From Mytilus trossulus (Eukaryota): a stretch of DNA of 64,000 nt. This document shows, piece after piece, positions 36,341 to 48,570 of the stretch; positions within the stretch are counted from its first letter, which is position 1, and each line of letters starts with the position of its first letter. Both the position numbers and the translations under genes were made by a program. Where the stretch lies: assembly GCF_036588685.1 (NCBI RefSeq), contig NC_086386.1, forward strand, positions 44,082,001-44,146,000, given 5' to 3'. The notes below the pieces were generated by a model. The model was given only the letters and a program-made list of their open reading frames with translations, had not been told where the DNA came from and did no database searches.

Positions 36341-39300
36341 TAGTTATTTGTTATATTAGGATTTATTGTTAAAAATTCATTACTGCACATATGTACATAT
36401 ATGTATTTATGTATATAAATGTATGAGAGGGTGTATAAACTGTGAGATAGATTTACAATTGGAGAGAAGAATTGTTGTATGTTTGTATGATTTGAAGGTC
36501 GGAGTTCATCATGTTTATTGAGTGAAAATCTAATGATCGAAAATGTTTATTTTGTTCCATAGTCACTATTGTTTATGCACATTTAATTAATGGAATTAGA
36601 ATTAATTTATTTATTGTATATGAAATCGGGGTACAATTTTTAATTCACCAATTTTTACAATCGAAAAACAAACAAAAAACATATTAACAAATAAATATAT
36701 TTACTTTAGGACCTAGATACTTTGTGTTCCCAATATGAAATTTCATGGTTTATTCTGTGGAAGTTCTTCTGGACACACACCAAAGTTCTCAAAATATCAA
36801 ATAATTTTTTTTTTCTATAAGATAGATTCTGATTGGACTACATGAAATTGTATGAGATCCTTAATTATTGTGTTCTAGTAATGTTCATGCATGGTGAGCA
36901 ATATCAAGGCAGGATGAAAGCAAATCTTGCTCAAATGTTATAAAATATGTTTTCTTTCAATATTTGACAACGTCAAATGCAAGATTTTATGATTTCAAAA
37001 TAAATGTTTACTAGGTCCTTTAGATCGAATGAGTGCATTTATGTGTTTACATCATTCTTTTTTACTCTTACATACTACTATTGTTACTTGCCTTGATTTA
37101 GAACTTTTACCTATTTTCGTTTTGTGATACATGTATTGAAATGTCTAAAGAGTAAAAGTTCTTTCAGAAGAAAAATTGTTTATGCATACAACTTGCCTTT
37201 TAGTTACTGCATGTCATTAAAATGCCTTACTTTGGATTCATATAATTTCATGGATGTCAAATTTTGTGAATTGAAGAAAAATGTATTTATTTTGAACATT
37301 TAAATTAGAAGTCCACTTATGGCAACAAATTTGGTACCTCACTCTCACTAATATATATAAATTAACCCACTGTAATTAATTTCAGTGCTGTATTTCACAT
37401 CTCCTTCAATTTCAATCTTTGTTTGAGAGGTGAAAGGTCAATCACAAATAACTTTAATCATAAGATGTTCTATCAATGCTATTTTAATAATCTTGTATCA
37501 ATAACCTTGGCTATGTGGGGGTAAAATGGCAGGCTACTCTAGATCTTTTGCCATCATTTGTAAACCTTTTTGGTTGCTATTAGTTGTTTGGCTACTGTCT
37601 CCAATGATATTTTCTATTTACTTTTATTCATTTGATAACATTTCATTGGTTAAAGGTATGATGAATCAAATATATAATTCTAAACATTTAAAGGTGTATG
37701 TTAAAAGGTTATTTACAGAATATATATTTTTTTTTCATTAATTAGCTTATGCCTCATATATACAAATGGAAGTAAATGATGTTGTTACTATATACAATGT
37801 TTATCAGAACGTATTGTCATACACATAAGGAATGGTAGCTCTAAAATTAACCAGAATGTAATTGTCAAATAACCTTTCGGCCAAACATGTGCATGTTCAC
37901 TTTATGAAGAGCTTTAGATACTTGGTGCATATAAATAAGTGCTGCTCATATGTGCAATTAATTATAATTTAGTTGTTTTTGTATATTGAAATGATAAATT
38001 TTCTGATTCTGTGTCCTTACTTTGCTAACAAGGATCTGACAAACACTTCTTTTTTTTGAAGACCCTTTGGGGTCGTCTTGATTTGTCCTAATGCTACATA
38101 ACTGCAAAAATTTGAAAGGCGAAATTTTATTGGCTAACTTAATATTTACTGGAACAGAAAGTAAAATGGGGTTTGTCAAGTCTTTGTAAGCAAAATGATG
38201 ACACATGATCTGTAGTTTTATTATCATATTGTTTTTATATCTGCCTATTTTGTTATAGAAAATGTGTAATGATGGATACTGTATTTATGATTGAGATACA
38301 TTAAAATGGGTTAATTCCTTAGATTTTAAGTTTCCTGATTCAAAAGACCAAACCATATTTCAAGGATTTAGTTGTGTATTTTTTGTTGTCTTTTATTCTG
38401 TTCTTTCTTCAAGATGAGATTTATGTGGGGATATTTTTGGAGATTTATTCTGAATCTTCAAAATTCCCTGCTTACCAATAAAGGAGAAGTGAAAATGTAT
38501 TTAATATTAATATAACCTTTTCTCAAAAGCTGAAAGAATGAGTTGGTGAAGGTTCCTACAATTCAAATGCTTAGCTATCATTTTTTTGAAGGGTTCCCAT
38601 CCAATAGCATTTAATTTATTTCTAAGTAAGAAAAATAGTTGAGTATACATCCAATGCTTAAGACTATATGACTTTCTCGATAGTTTCCTTATTTCATTTG
38701 TTTTCTTGTTATAGCACAAACTATTAATTACAAAATGAAACTACAACAAAAAGAGATAAAGATTATTTTCATTTAAGTTTTATTAAAATGAACATTCCAT
38801 CACTTGGATATAAGAATTTTGAAACCAACTTGTTGATTGTAACTTATTTTAGGATAAGATATAGATGTGAAATAATAACTTAAAGTAAATTGTAGATATT
38901 ACCAGAATGTTGCCATTTACATGTGCAATATTTTGTGTGATTAATTGTTCTATTTTTTATGTCTACATCATAATCTGTGCTTGAAATGTATGTTGGAAGA
39001 TGGACATTTTCACAAACATTATTATGAATAAAGACTTCTTATCAATTAATGTTGGGATTTTCTCTAATAATTGTATTCAACAAAATTTGACAACTCCATT
39101 AGACACAAACACATACTCCTACACGTATATACACCACACATTGCTTGATATAAGAAAAGCCAAGCATTAAATCTAACATTAATATATATGATGTTTACCT
39201 TATAGTAGAAATGGTTATTAATGTTACAAAATTCAACTCTATTATGAGAACAAATACTGAAAAGAGAAATGTGAAAAAATTGAGGTACAATTGTGACGTA

Positions 39301-39827
39301 TATATTTCTAGAAAGATTTGCTAAACTATTTATATGTGATATACGATTTTGCATTTTACGAGTCATTTGAATAAACTTGTATGAAACATTTCTGAATTTG
39401 GTGAGTGATTTGAGATATTTTCTAAGTAGCAGAATTATAGATCATCGTTACACCGGTTTTTAGGAAAAGATTTCATGAAATGCATTCAAAACCTTATGGG
39501 ACTGACTTGATATCTAAATGTTCCAAGGCTGATCACTACCTTTTTTGATGCACAAAACATAGTGCATTGATAATAACACTTTATACATACTATCCATTAA
39601 CACATTGTAACATTTCCCAAAATTTATCGATGTAATAAATGCTCTGATATTCAAGACACAAAATGATGTTTCACTTGTCAAGAAAATTACAAAACTTTTG
39701 CAAGGTGCAGGAATCTTATATCTGTTCTAAAAATATGAATTATGTCATTGTTAACCTCATCTTTAAAATTGGAATTATCTTCCTTCGTCTAGAATAGCTG
39801 TTAAATGAGTAACAACCAATGCAATAT

Positions 39828-40799
39828 TTAAGGTAGCACAATACAAACCTTTTAAGCTCACCTGGCATAGCCATGTGAGCTTATGCCATCACTTGGCGTC
39901 CGTCGTCGTCCATCGTCGTCTGTCGTCGTTGTAAACTATTTCATCTATCAGCCCTGAAATTTTCAGATGAATCTAACAATCCATTGTTGGGTTGCTGCCA
40001 CTTAATTGGTAATTTTAAGGAAATTTTGCAGTTTTGGTTTATTATCTTGAATATTATTGAAGATAAAGATAAACTGTAAACAGCAAAAATGTTCAGCAAA
40101 GTAAGATCTACAAAAAAGTTAACATGACCAATATTGTCAATTGACCGCTTAAGGAGTTATTGCCCTTTAAAGACAAATTTGCTCTATTTGTTCATCAAAC
40201 TTGCTTAAATTAAAAAATCTTCTCCTCTGAAACAACTGGGCCAAATACTCTCAAACTTAAAATGAATAGTATCTACTTTCTAAATTGTATCCGAAGTTTT
40301 GATCCATCAAGAAACATGGCCGCTATGGCTAAAATTGAACATAGGGGTCAAATGCAGTTTTTGGCTTATATTTCAAAAACTAAAGCATTAAAAGCAAATT
40401 TGTCATGGTTAAAAATGTTCAATAGGTCATGATCTATCAGCCCTGAAATTTTCAGACGAATCTAACAATCCATTGTTGGGTTGCTGCACAAATCTTAGAC
40501 ACGGTTTTGGAGGTCAAACTGTGTTGTGCAAGAAACTATAAAATATTTTGGGATGCTATGAAGAACAAAGACGCTAAATTCATTCAAGAGTGAACATCAC
40601 AATATATCAACTAATTACATAACAATTAATTATGTAATAATAATGTCATAGTGAAATTATCACAATTTGAAAGATTAATCTTTCTTCTTTCTTTTGGTAC
40701 CTCATTTATAAAATATAAAGAAGGATGAAATGAATTACATCAGTTTAAAGTTGTCTGATTGGGAGTGAACAAATCTTTGTATTGTGTGTGCTACCTTAA
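39828..40799. mobile_element. TTAA-flanked non-autonomous DNA transposon (Kolobok/piggyBac-like)
   Basis: TTAA-ggtagcacaatacaaa ... tttgtattgtgtgtgctacc-TTAA terminal inverted repeats. Confidence 0.65.
39850..40487 (-). mobile_element. Helentron/HINE-like element (inverted copy) nested within a TTAA MITE
   Basis: Reverse complement of the 9395-10208 family, with (gtc)n tract and terminal hairpin at 39855-39880. Confidence 0.7.
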
Positions 40800-40999
40800 T
40801 TTTACTTCCCACTGATAAATTGAAGCAATTTTTACCGTTCGATGCTTTCAAGCACTTTGATTAACATCATGGGACAGATCCAGTCATTTTTAAAGGGTGC
40901 TTTCGAACCCAGGATAAAAGGGGTCCAACTGTGTGTCCCTATTCAAAAGCATTGATCATAAAAAAAAGGGGATGTGCCCAATCCCTGGATCCTCCACTG

Positions 41000-41730
41000 A
41001 GTACAATAGGAACGATACAGAAGTCTTGCAGAGTGAGAAGTCAAGAAAAGACAAAATACCATATTAAAAGTTAAAAAAGAGGATATACATTTTGCAAAAT
41101 CTTCATATCTGTATGATGAGCCACAGATGCAACACAATGACTCAGTTCGAAAGACTGAACTCATATTTCCAAGCTGTATTCCATATGCCAATAACTGCAA
41201 CAAAACTCACTGAAAAGCTAAAATACGACAAAAATTGGCATGTCTCATCCACTCATAGCAATGTCTTTATGTCATTTAATAGATTACCGTTGTAACAACA
41301 AGGTTTGAATGGATCGTTAGATTGTTAAAAAATTATAACAAAACCAGATTTGAAACGGATTGTCAAAATGTTTTTATTTTATAACACAACCAGGTGAATG
41401 GCTAAACATACTATCAACAATACGCAATGATCCTTATTTGGTTTCTCTGATAGTTCTAATCTTTCAGGTTGTGATTGATAGATGCATGCTGATGTCAGCA
41501 TTTATTATGCAGCACGTATGCACGATCAATAAAACATTAGTTTACTTAAACGACTTACTTTTATCCCTTCAAAATGTCCACTTAGTAGGTATAGCCTAGT
41601 TGATACAACTTTGCACTAGTAATACTATTTTAAATATACCTTGTTACAATGGGTTGACTACTGTCATCACATTTACCTTTTTATGTGTTCTTTTGTGTTT
41701 GTTATAACAATTATTGATTCTTTGGAAACA
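41000..41730 (+). pseudogene. Decayed paralogue fragment of the C-terminal half of the 44.6-47.8 kb gene
   Basis: KCFYFITQPGEWLNILSTIRNDPYLVSLIVLIFQVVIDRCMLMSAFIMQHV aligns with LCLQYIRQPHEWLNIPVIVRNLMFIISLIVLAYEAVKDDSVLMSAFIMQYL. KSSYLYD/TATKL/FMSFN align with KSSFIYD/TATKF/LMSFN. Contains frameshifts and deletions. Confidence 0.8.
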
Positions 41731-42659
41731 GTAGGTAAATACGTTTTTCCCGAACAACCGAACAACCAATTGATATTTTTTTACTTTCAAGGTTTAAAAA
41801 AAAATGACTTGAAGTGACACTAGCAGTCAAATTCATGTTCACCGATTTGACTCAAATTCTCATATTTAATTTATAACCATGTAAAGCATTTGTTTTCAAA
41901 GTATAAAATAAAGAATTAACAGGGTATGGACCCGATTATATGTAGCTCCGTGTCGTGTGTATTGTAGTCTTGACGTCTTTTCATAACCTATCGAGTTGAC
42001 CACCGAAGGTCTTCGATGGTCATATAAGCGATATTAACATAAATACTAACTAGTACACAAATAGAAAGTGCACTCGTGTAAGTGGATTTTTCTAGGTCTG
42101 TTGAGATTTATAATATATATTAAAATTATATGTTAATCATCGTGTTTACCTGTATAAGAATAACTTTTTATGTGGATCGAATCATTCAATCAAATGACTG
42201 TTCATTCACAAAAACTAAAAAAAAAAATGTACAGTTATTGCATATTCTCATAATGAAATTAGCCTAACATATTATTAACAAAATGAATTTATCTGAATTA
42301 AATGATTGAAGTTTATGTTTCTTGTATTGCCACAATAATACCCAATTGCATCTGAAGTTTAAAAGAAAGGTGTAGATTTAATCCTGGTATCTATGATGAG
42401 TTTATGTACATGTCTATGATATAAATACTTTCACCATAACTGGATACTATGTGAATTACTTTTGTGATGCTGCTCTGAATTTGCGCCTTGCTATTCTGTA
42501 TAACAAGTCATTCATTGATTTATTTCTTCTTGAATAGAATATTGAATATAAAGTCTTTTTCACTGTCGAATAGTTCATACTTTTCGCCTACAAGAGAAAT
42601 TTCGCTGACGTGCTGACAGATGTATATTACTCCAGTAGACCTATATGTAAAGTGAGTAA

Positions 42660-42940
42660 ATGAACTTATCATAAATACCAAGATAATTATTTGTACACCA
42701 GACGCGCGTTCCGTCTACAAAAATGATCAGCGACGCTCGAATAAAAAAGTTAAGAAATAAAGTAAAAAAGAAAAAGAAAACAAAATAATGTACAGAGTTA
42801 AACCATATTGGACCACCATTCTGAAAGGTTTCGCCAAATACAGTTACGGTAGTATTTTTGGATGGCAGAAAACCTTATAATTTAGTTTAAAAATTTGATG
42901 TATAATTGTGACCATATCAATGACAATTCATGTCCACATA
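42660..42940 (-). mobile_element. Retrozyme-like repeat with a degenerate hammerhead core
   Basis: Reverse complement of 42695-42740 is tcgagcgtcg-CTGATCA-tttttgtagac-GGAA-cgcgcgtc-tggtgt. Confidence 0.6.
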
Positions 42941-44661
42941 ACAATACATATAAACTTCATATGCAATCTAACGGATATGGCATCATTTATAAGATTCAGC
43001 GTCTTAGTGGGCACCTTTACTTTTTTTTGATAACTCCAGTTATACTGCCAGTAACTTGTGAGGAAAATTTACCAATAAACGAATTGTAAGTTGTAGATCC
43101 ACAATCGCACAGTTACCTGGATAACTGAAGGTGTGCAATGAGATACTTCCTCTCTCGTGCACCTCTCAGGTCAAACAAGTTTAAAAATGAAAAATAAAAG
43201 TAAAATGATAAAACTACACTCCTACACCATGTACACCTATAGGTACTTAGGCCGTATACTTTTTGCTTATGAAATGATAGAAATGATGTGACAAATTAAA
43301 TGAAAAAGTCATTTCACTACAGCACAGTGTTAAAGAGTCCGATTTAGTCAAGGATCTTATTGCAATAAATTTCAAAACCTTCATTGTTATAAACAAAATG
43401 AACCTAACAAGTATTGATTATAATATTTATCATACATTAATAATAAAAATTATCTTATAAGCTAAAAAAAAAGGAACACAAATAACAATTAAAGAGAGGA
43501 ACATCATTGTACTTCCCGCCCTCAAAAGTAATAATGTAATAATAGAGAAACAGCAAACCATTGATATCTCAGTCCAGCGTGTTGGTGCATGCATCAAACG
43601 ATTTATTTATAGAACATAAGTCATTTGTATCTACATCGTCATTGGAAAATAAACCATGGATCAGGCAAATAACACTGAACATTTTATAACATATGTATTA
43701 CTTGAATAATAAGACATAGCAGACAAAATATGTTGATACTTCGAACATTTTAGAATATCGATCATTATTATTTATTGTGATTTTAGCATGGTCCTATACC
43801 TTAACAGTTGTAAATATACACGGTAAAATATGTTGATAATATGTACATCGATGACGCTGACATTACTGTTGTGGTATATATGCAATTATTGTTACAATAG
43901 TATCAAATGATACAATATCAAAGTATCAAAATTGTTTTTTTTGGTTAAAAATAACTTAATTCAAAATATTCAAAGCCCTATAATCCAAATTATACAGTAG
44001 TTTTGGTTGATCGAGTTAAGTTTTAACGTATAATTTTGTATTTTAAACCTGAAATTTGATCATATAACCATGTCGATAAAATAATATGTGAATAAAATGA
44101 AACAGTATGTAGCATGTGTAGTAAGTAAACACAAAAACATCATGCATTACGTCTCTGAGATATTTCGCTAAGCAAAGGAGGTCTTGGTCACTTTATTGAT
44201 GTAAAAATGTATTAAAAACAGGTAAAGAAACACAAACTTTTCTTCAGCTTGTTTACATAAATTTTATTTGGATAGTCAAACAAATGTGCATCGAAATGTA
44301 GGATAAAAATGGTGTATGTTATTGTATAAAATCGCAGTCCCATTCAAAATACAATGATCGAGTCTTGGGATATTCGTCAACTGTAAGTCTGTGTTAATTT
44401 TCTAATTGTTTAGGAATTGACTAGAAATATTTAGAGACAATGTAGCCCTGCATGTAGTTTAACTTTATTAACAACACAATCCGACATACACTGTGGTTTC
44501 ATTTTAATTCCAATTGCACATGGCATTCAATAACCAGAAAACATTTGTATAAGTATATTGAAGTTTTATAATTGATTTTAATACGAACATTATGAACAAA
44601 TACATATCATTGAGATGTAAAATTCAACAACATGAAAATGCATTTGTTAAAATATTTCTAG

Positions 44662-47600
44662 ATAACTCAAACGAAGGAAACAGTCAACAGCCTTAATTTT
44701 AACAGTGCACCGAAAGCATGTCCTGATAATATCGCCAAGTTTTGGAAAAATACCACCGGAGACCTGCAGGCCCTAGGAATGCATTTAGATGACACCATTA
44801 CAGTAACTTTTGGAATAAAGAAATCTCCAGTAATTGACACAAAAAAATCAAACCCTGTACAAGCAGCAGCCAATAATTTAGGTGGCGGTCACCATGCAGT
44901 GATTTTAAAACTAGAAGATAAAGACAAGTGCACCATTTTCTACATTTGAAAATGCCTGTACCAAGTCAGGAATATGACAGTTCTTGTCCATTCGTTTTTG
45001 ATGCGTTTTGTTTTTTGATTTTGCCATGTGATTATGGACTTTCCAAATTGATTTTCCTCTGAGTTCAGTATTTTTGTGATTTTACTTTTTAAACTTGAAC
45101 TTATAGTTGACGAAGACGTATGTTCTGTTAAGAAGAACTTCAAATGTCCGAATGAGGAATGTAACTTTCAAACCTCCTTTTTTTCAAAACTGGCCAACCA
45201 TCATTTTTTGGAACACGTCGGTCCAGAAGGAGAAAATATTCATTACGAGTGTTGTGGTCATGCATTTAGAAATTTTCAGTCTTATTGTCAGCATCAATAT
45301 ACAAATCATTCAACTAAAGGGGAAATACAATTAAAATTTTATCACATTCGGGAAAACAATTTTGAGAATTTTCTAGATCATGTTCAGTATTTTGGAGCAT
45401 ACAAGAAAAACACAACTTTAAGACAGGTGATGCAGTGTGCAGTTGACATTATTTTAAACTTTGGTAGATATTGGGTCTACTGCTGGAACTGTCAGGATTT
45501 TGCAACTTGGTTGCTTGTCCTAGTTGGAGTTCCTCTGAGAAATGTAGATCCTACATTAGCAGACAAACTTACAGGATCTGGTACAAAAATTAATGCAAGG
45601 TCAATACAGCAAAGTAAGGAATCGTATTTATAAAAAACACACAATGAACTTGAGATGCATGATTTAACAGACTGGAAAGGAGGTACTATTTGCGGTGAAA
45701 GCGGATGTAAATTTTTACCACCCATGTCACTGGAAGCATTAATACGGCATACAAAGGTTGCACACAATGGCGACAATATATCAGGTTTGCAAGCCGTATA
45801 ATACCATTTATTTTAGAACTATTAAGATAACAAAATTAAAATATATTCATTTAGAACTAAGTTTTTTTTATGCATAATGATACATTCTGTTGCAACGTTA
45901 TTCTTTTTTAAAATAGATCTTTAGAATTTCTTTTATTGTGCAAACATGAATAAAAATCCGCTAAATTGAATATAATTAAAAATACGCCACATTGTACAAA
46001 ATGTTTCAGGTTCATCAATGGATGATATGTTCGATGATTTCCTGTACACTGTGTCTGGGAGTCATATGGACATTAATTTAGATGTTAAATTAAAAAGAAA
46101 ATATTCTCTCTATCAGCTCCGTGGTACTGATATATGCTCCCATACGTCGATTGTATTTAGTCCATGGACTTCAAGCATTGAATCTAACATTCACAAATAC
46201 GATTTTTATCACACAGCAGAAATGGTAATAGATGGTACAAAACGCAAACCTCTGGTGAGACCAATAACTGAAGAACGCCATGTAGAAAACTTGAGGTACA
46301 TTTGTCATATAGATATTTCGACGGAAGAACTCTTAGACTATATGAATGTGATTTACAAAATAACATTTAAATATTCATCAGATGAAAGTTGTATGGCATT
46401 TTTTGTGAACTTGCTGGCTGCTTTGAGATACTTTCGTGAAAGGAAAATTGTAGTTTCATCAATTAACGAGGGTCTTTTGGCAGAATATGAAAATTACAGA
46501 AGACTGACAGACATTAAAAAACGACGAAATGCTTTATTAAAAATAATTGATTTTTTTTCACTGAATCAAGAGTTTCAAGGGGAGATACAAGTTTGGAAAT
46601 CTTCCTTTATTTACGATTTTCCGAAATGCAGCACAAAAACGTCGTCCGAAAAGTTAAAAGTATATGCAAATGCTATAAAACATTTAACTGCAACAAAATT
46701 CAATGAAATGCAAAGATCAGGTAGAGAAAAATGGGTAAGTCTTCATCCACTGATATCAATGTTTTTGATGTCATTCAATACGATAGGAGAGTTGTTTTTG
46801 TCCATGTATTTCGTTTTCACTGTACTTCTTATACTAAGCTTTGGATTACCGTTGCTACCAAAAAAGGATATGAATGGATTAAAATTATGTTTACAGTATA
46901 TAAGGCAACCTCACGAATGGCTAAACATACCTGTAATAGTACGTAATCTTATGTTTATAATATCACTAATAGTTCTAGCATACGAAGCTGTAAAAGATGA
47001 CTCAGTGCTAATGTCAGCTTTCATTATGCAGTACTTATGGATAATTTGCATTACATTAGAATAAGATGTATCTAAACGAGTTCTCACTATCCATGAAATG
47101 ACCCTTAAAAACGTCCCTAAGCGTATAGTTCAGTTGATACATCTTGGCATAAGGAACAACATTTTCAGATTCCCTGTTGCTGTTGTCTTAGTCATACCCT
47201 TATCACCTTGTCCGTATGTGATTTGCTGTCTTATTATTTTGATAATAATAATTTGTTCTTTAAGAAAAGTTGGTGAATATCTTCTCACTGGGGGACTCTC
47301 AATTAGTCTTTTTACATGTCAATATGTAAGAATAACAAATCATTGCATTGTATTCCTATATATGTTGGCAATCGCCAGCATTGGTATCCAAGGAGTCATT
47401 CGTATAACGGTTTTTCAATTCTCAAATTATCACTGTTTTGCTATTTATATATACACAAGTTTATCATGGTATAGACCACAGAAAAATAACTTAATCATCT
47501 GTAGAAATATGGCCACTACTTATAATACTGCTGTTGAAAGAGATATCATAAAATCACATGAAAAGAAATTGCTTAGTTCATGGTTATCAATTTTTCACTC

Positions 47601-47832
47601 ATCAGTATTATTTTCAATGCTCACGCTCCATGCGATTTGTTTAGTACCAGTTATATGTGTATGCATTTTTGATGTACATACTTGTTTATGTATCACATTT
47701 ATTACCCTTTATGTGCATTGTCTCTTGCTTTATTTCACTATTGACCTTCGATATGTTATCAAAGAGCTTTTCAGTGGTCCGTTAGAAAAGTACACACTTC
47801 TCAATCAAACAGATAAAACTAAAATTTCCTAA
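44662..47832 (+). pseudogene. Disrupted gene: two permuted papain-like (NlpC/P60; PPPDE/LRAT-like) domains + 3 C2H2 zinc fingers + multi-pass TM domain (~930 codons)
   Basis: One reading frame starts at the acceptor at 44662 (..GGGHHAVILKLE), crosses a SINE-like insert (44931-45090), continues as ORF 45076-45633 (two C2H2 fingers, YWVYCWNCQDFA), passes an in-frame TAA into a third finger (CGESGC..LIRHTKVAH), and splices through a phase-1 GT-AG intron (45785-46009). It then reads ORF 46018-47064, a second in-frame TAA, and ORF 47098-47832. Upstream exon(s) not identified. Confidence 0.75.
44931..45090 (+). mobile_element. 5'-truncated SINE-like repeat inserted in a coding exon
   Basis: Closely matches 57067-57227 (aaatgcctgtaccaagtcaggaatatgacagtt...cagtatttttgtgattttactttt). 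Confidence 0.88.
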
Positions 47833-48017
47833 CCCAGTGTATTGAAAAATCTTATTCCAGAAATTGAAATTGCAAGCAAGAACATTTGTTATAAAGTTAA
47901 TGGATGATGCAAGTTTAATAGTACGAATATGAATGTATAGCAAAGTCAGACCCTCAAAATGATGAATTTTCATTCCATTTTGTTACAATTTCTGTAATTA
48001 CAGCCAAAACTTTTCTA

Positions 48018-48570
48018 TAAAAGAGGGACGGAAGATACCAAAGGGATAGTCAAACTCATACATCTAAAACAAACTGACAACGCCATGGCTAAAAATGAAA
48101 AAGACAAACAGAAAAACAATAGTACACATGACACAACATAGAAAACTAAAGTATAAACAACACGAACCCCTCCAAAAACTAGGGGTGATCTCAGGTGCTC
48201 CGGAAGGGTAAGCAGATCCTGCTCCACATGTGGCACCCGTCGTGTTGCTTTTGTGATTACAAATCCGGTAAATAGTCTAATTCGGTAGGTCACATTCATG
48301 AAAGGGAAGGGGATTGTAGTTACGACGTAAGGAACATATCCGATATCATTTGTGAAATGGTTATTCCATAACGGTCAACCAACTCGTGATGGCGTCCGTA
48401 AAATTTACGAAGGGATGATTTCAACTTCACCATTTGGAACTCTTGGTTTAATAGCTTCCTTGTAAGCAGCAACCCTCTATCAAGAAAATCATGCAAGCAC
48501 GGGAATATCGTATCAATTGGGAGATATATACCCCGTATGCAGGTGCTGCTGGAATGTTGCTACTTAGAAG
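48018..48570 (-). mobile_element. Penelope-like element fragment (RT C-terminal region + 3' tail)
   Basis: Reverse translation gives LLSSNIPAAPAYGVYISQLIRYSRAC, then after a small deletion FLDRGLLLTRKLLNQEFQMVKLKSSLRKFYGRHHELVDRYG, as recalled for PLE RT C-termini. Shorter tail copies lie at 54229-54420, 55490-55680, 57530-57720 and (inverted) 49615-49812. Confidence 0.7.

Noticed and set aside
44338-44382. Possible upstream exon of the papain-like gene (SHSKYNDRVLGYSST|GTAAGT)
   Set aside because: It has a good donor and compatible phase, but no start codon or homology support, so it was not included in the model.
45631-45633. Selenocysteine recoding of the internal stops
   Set aside because: Both stops are TAA, not TGA.
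45076-47832. Three independent single-exon genes or a viral/bacterial operon-like insert
   Set aside because: The segments are co-linear in one frame and joined by a canonical spliceosomal intron, so one disrupted gene explains them better.
48015-48299. 94-aa hydrophobic ORF, and the similar ORF at 54217-54495
   Set aside because: Both are translations of a dispersed repeat tail, not genes.
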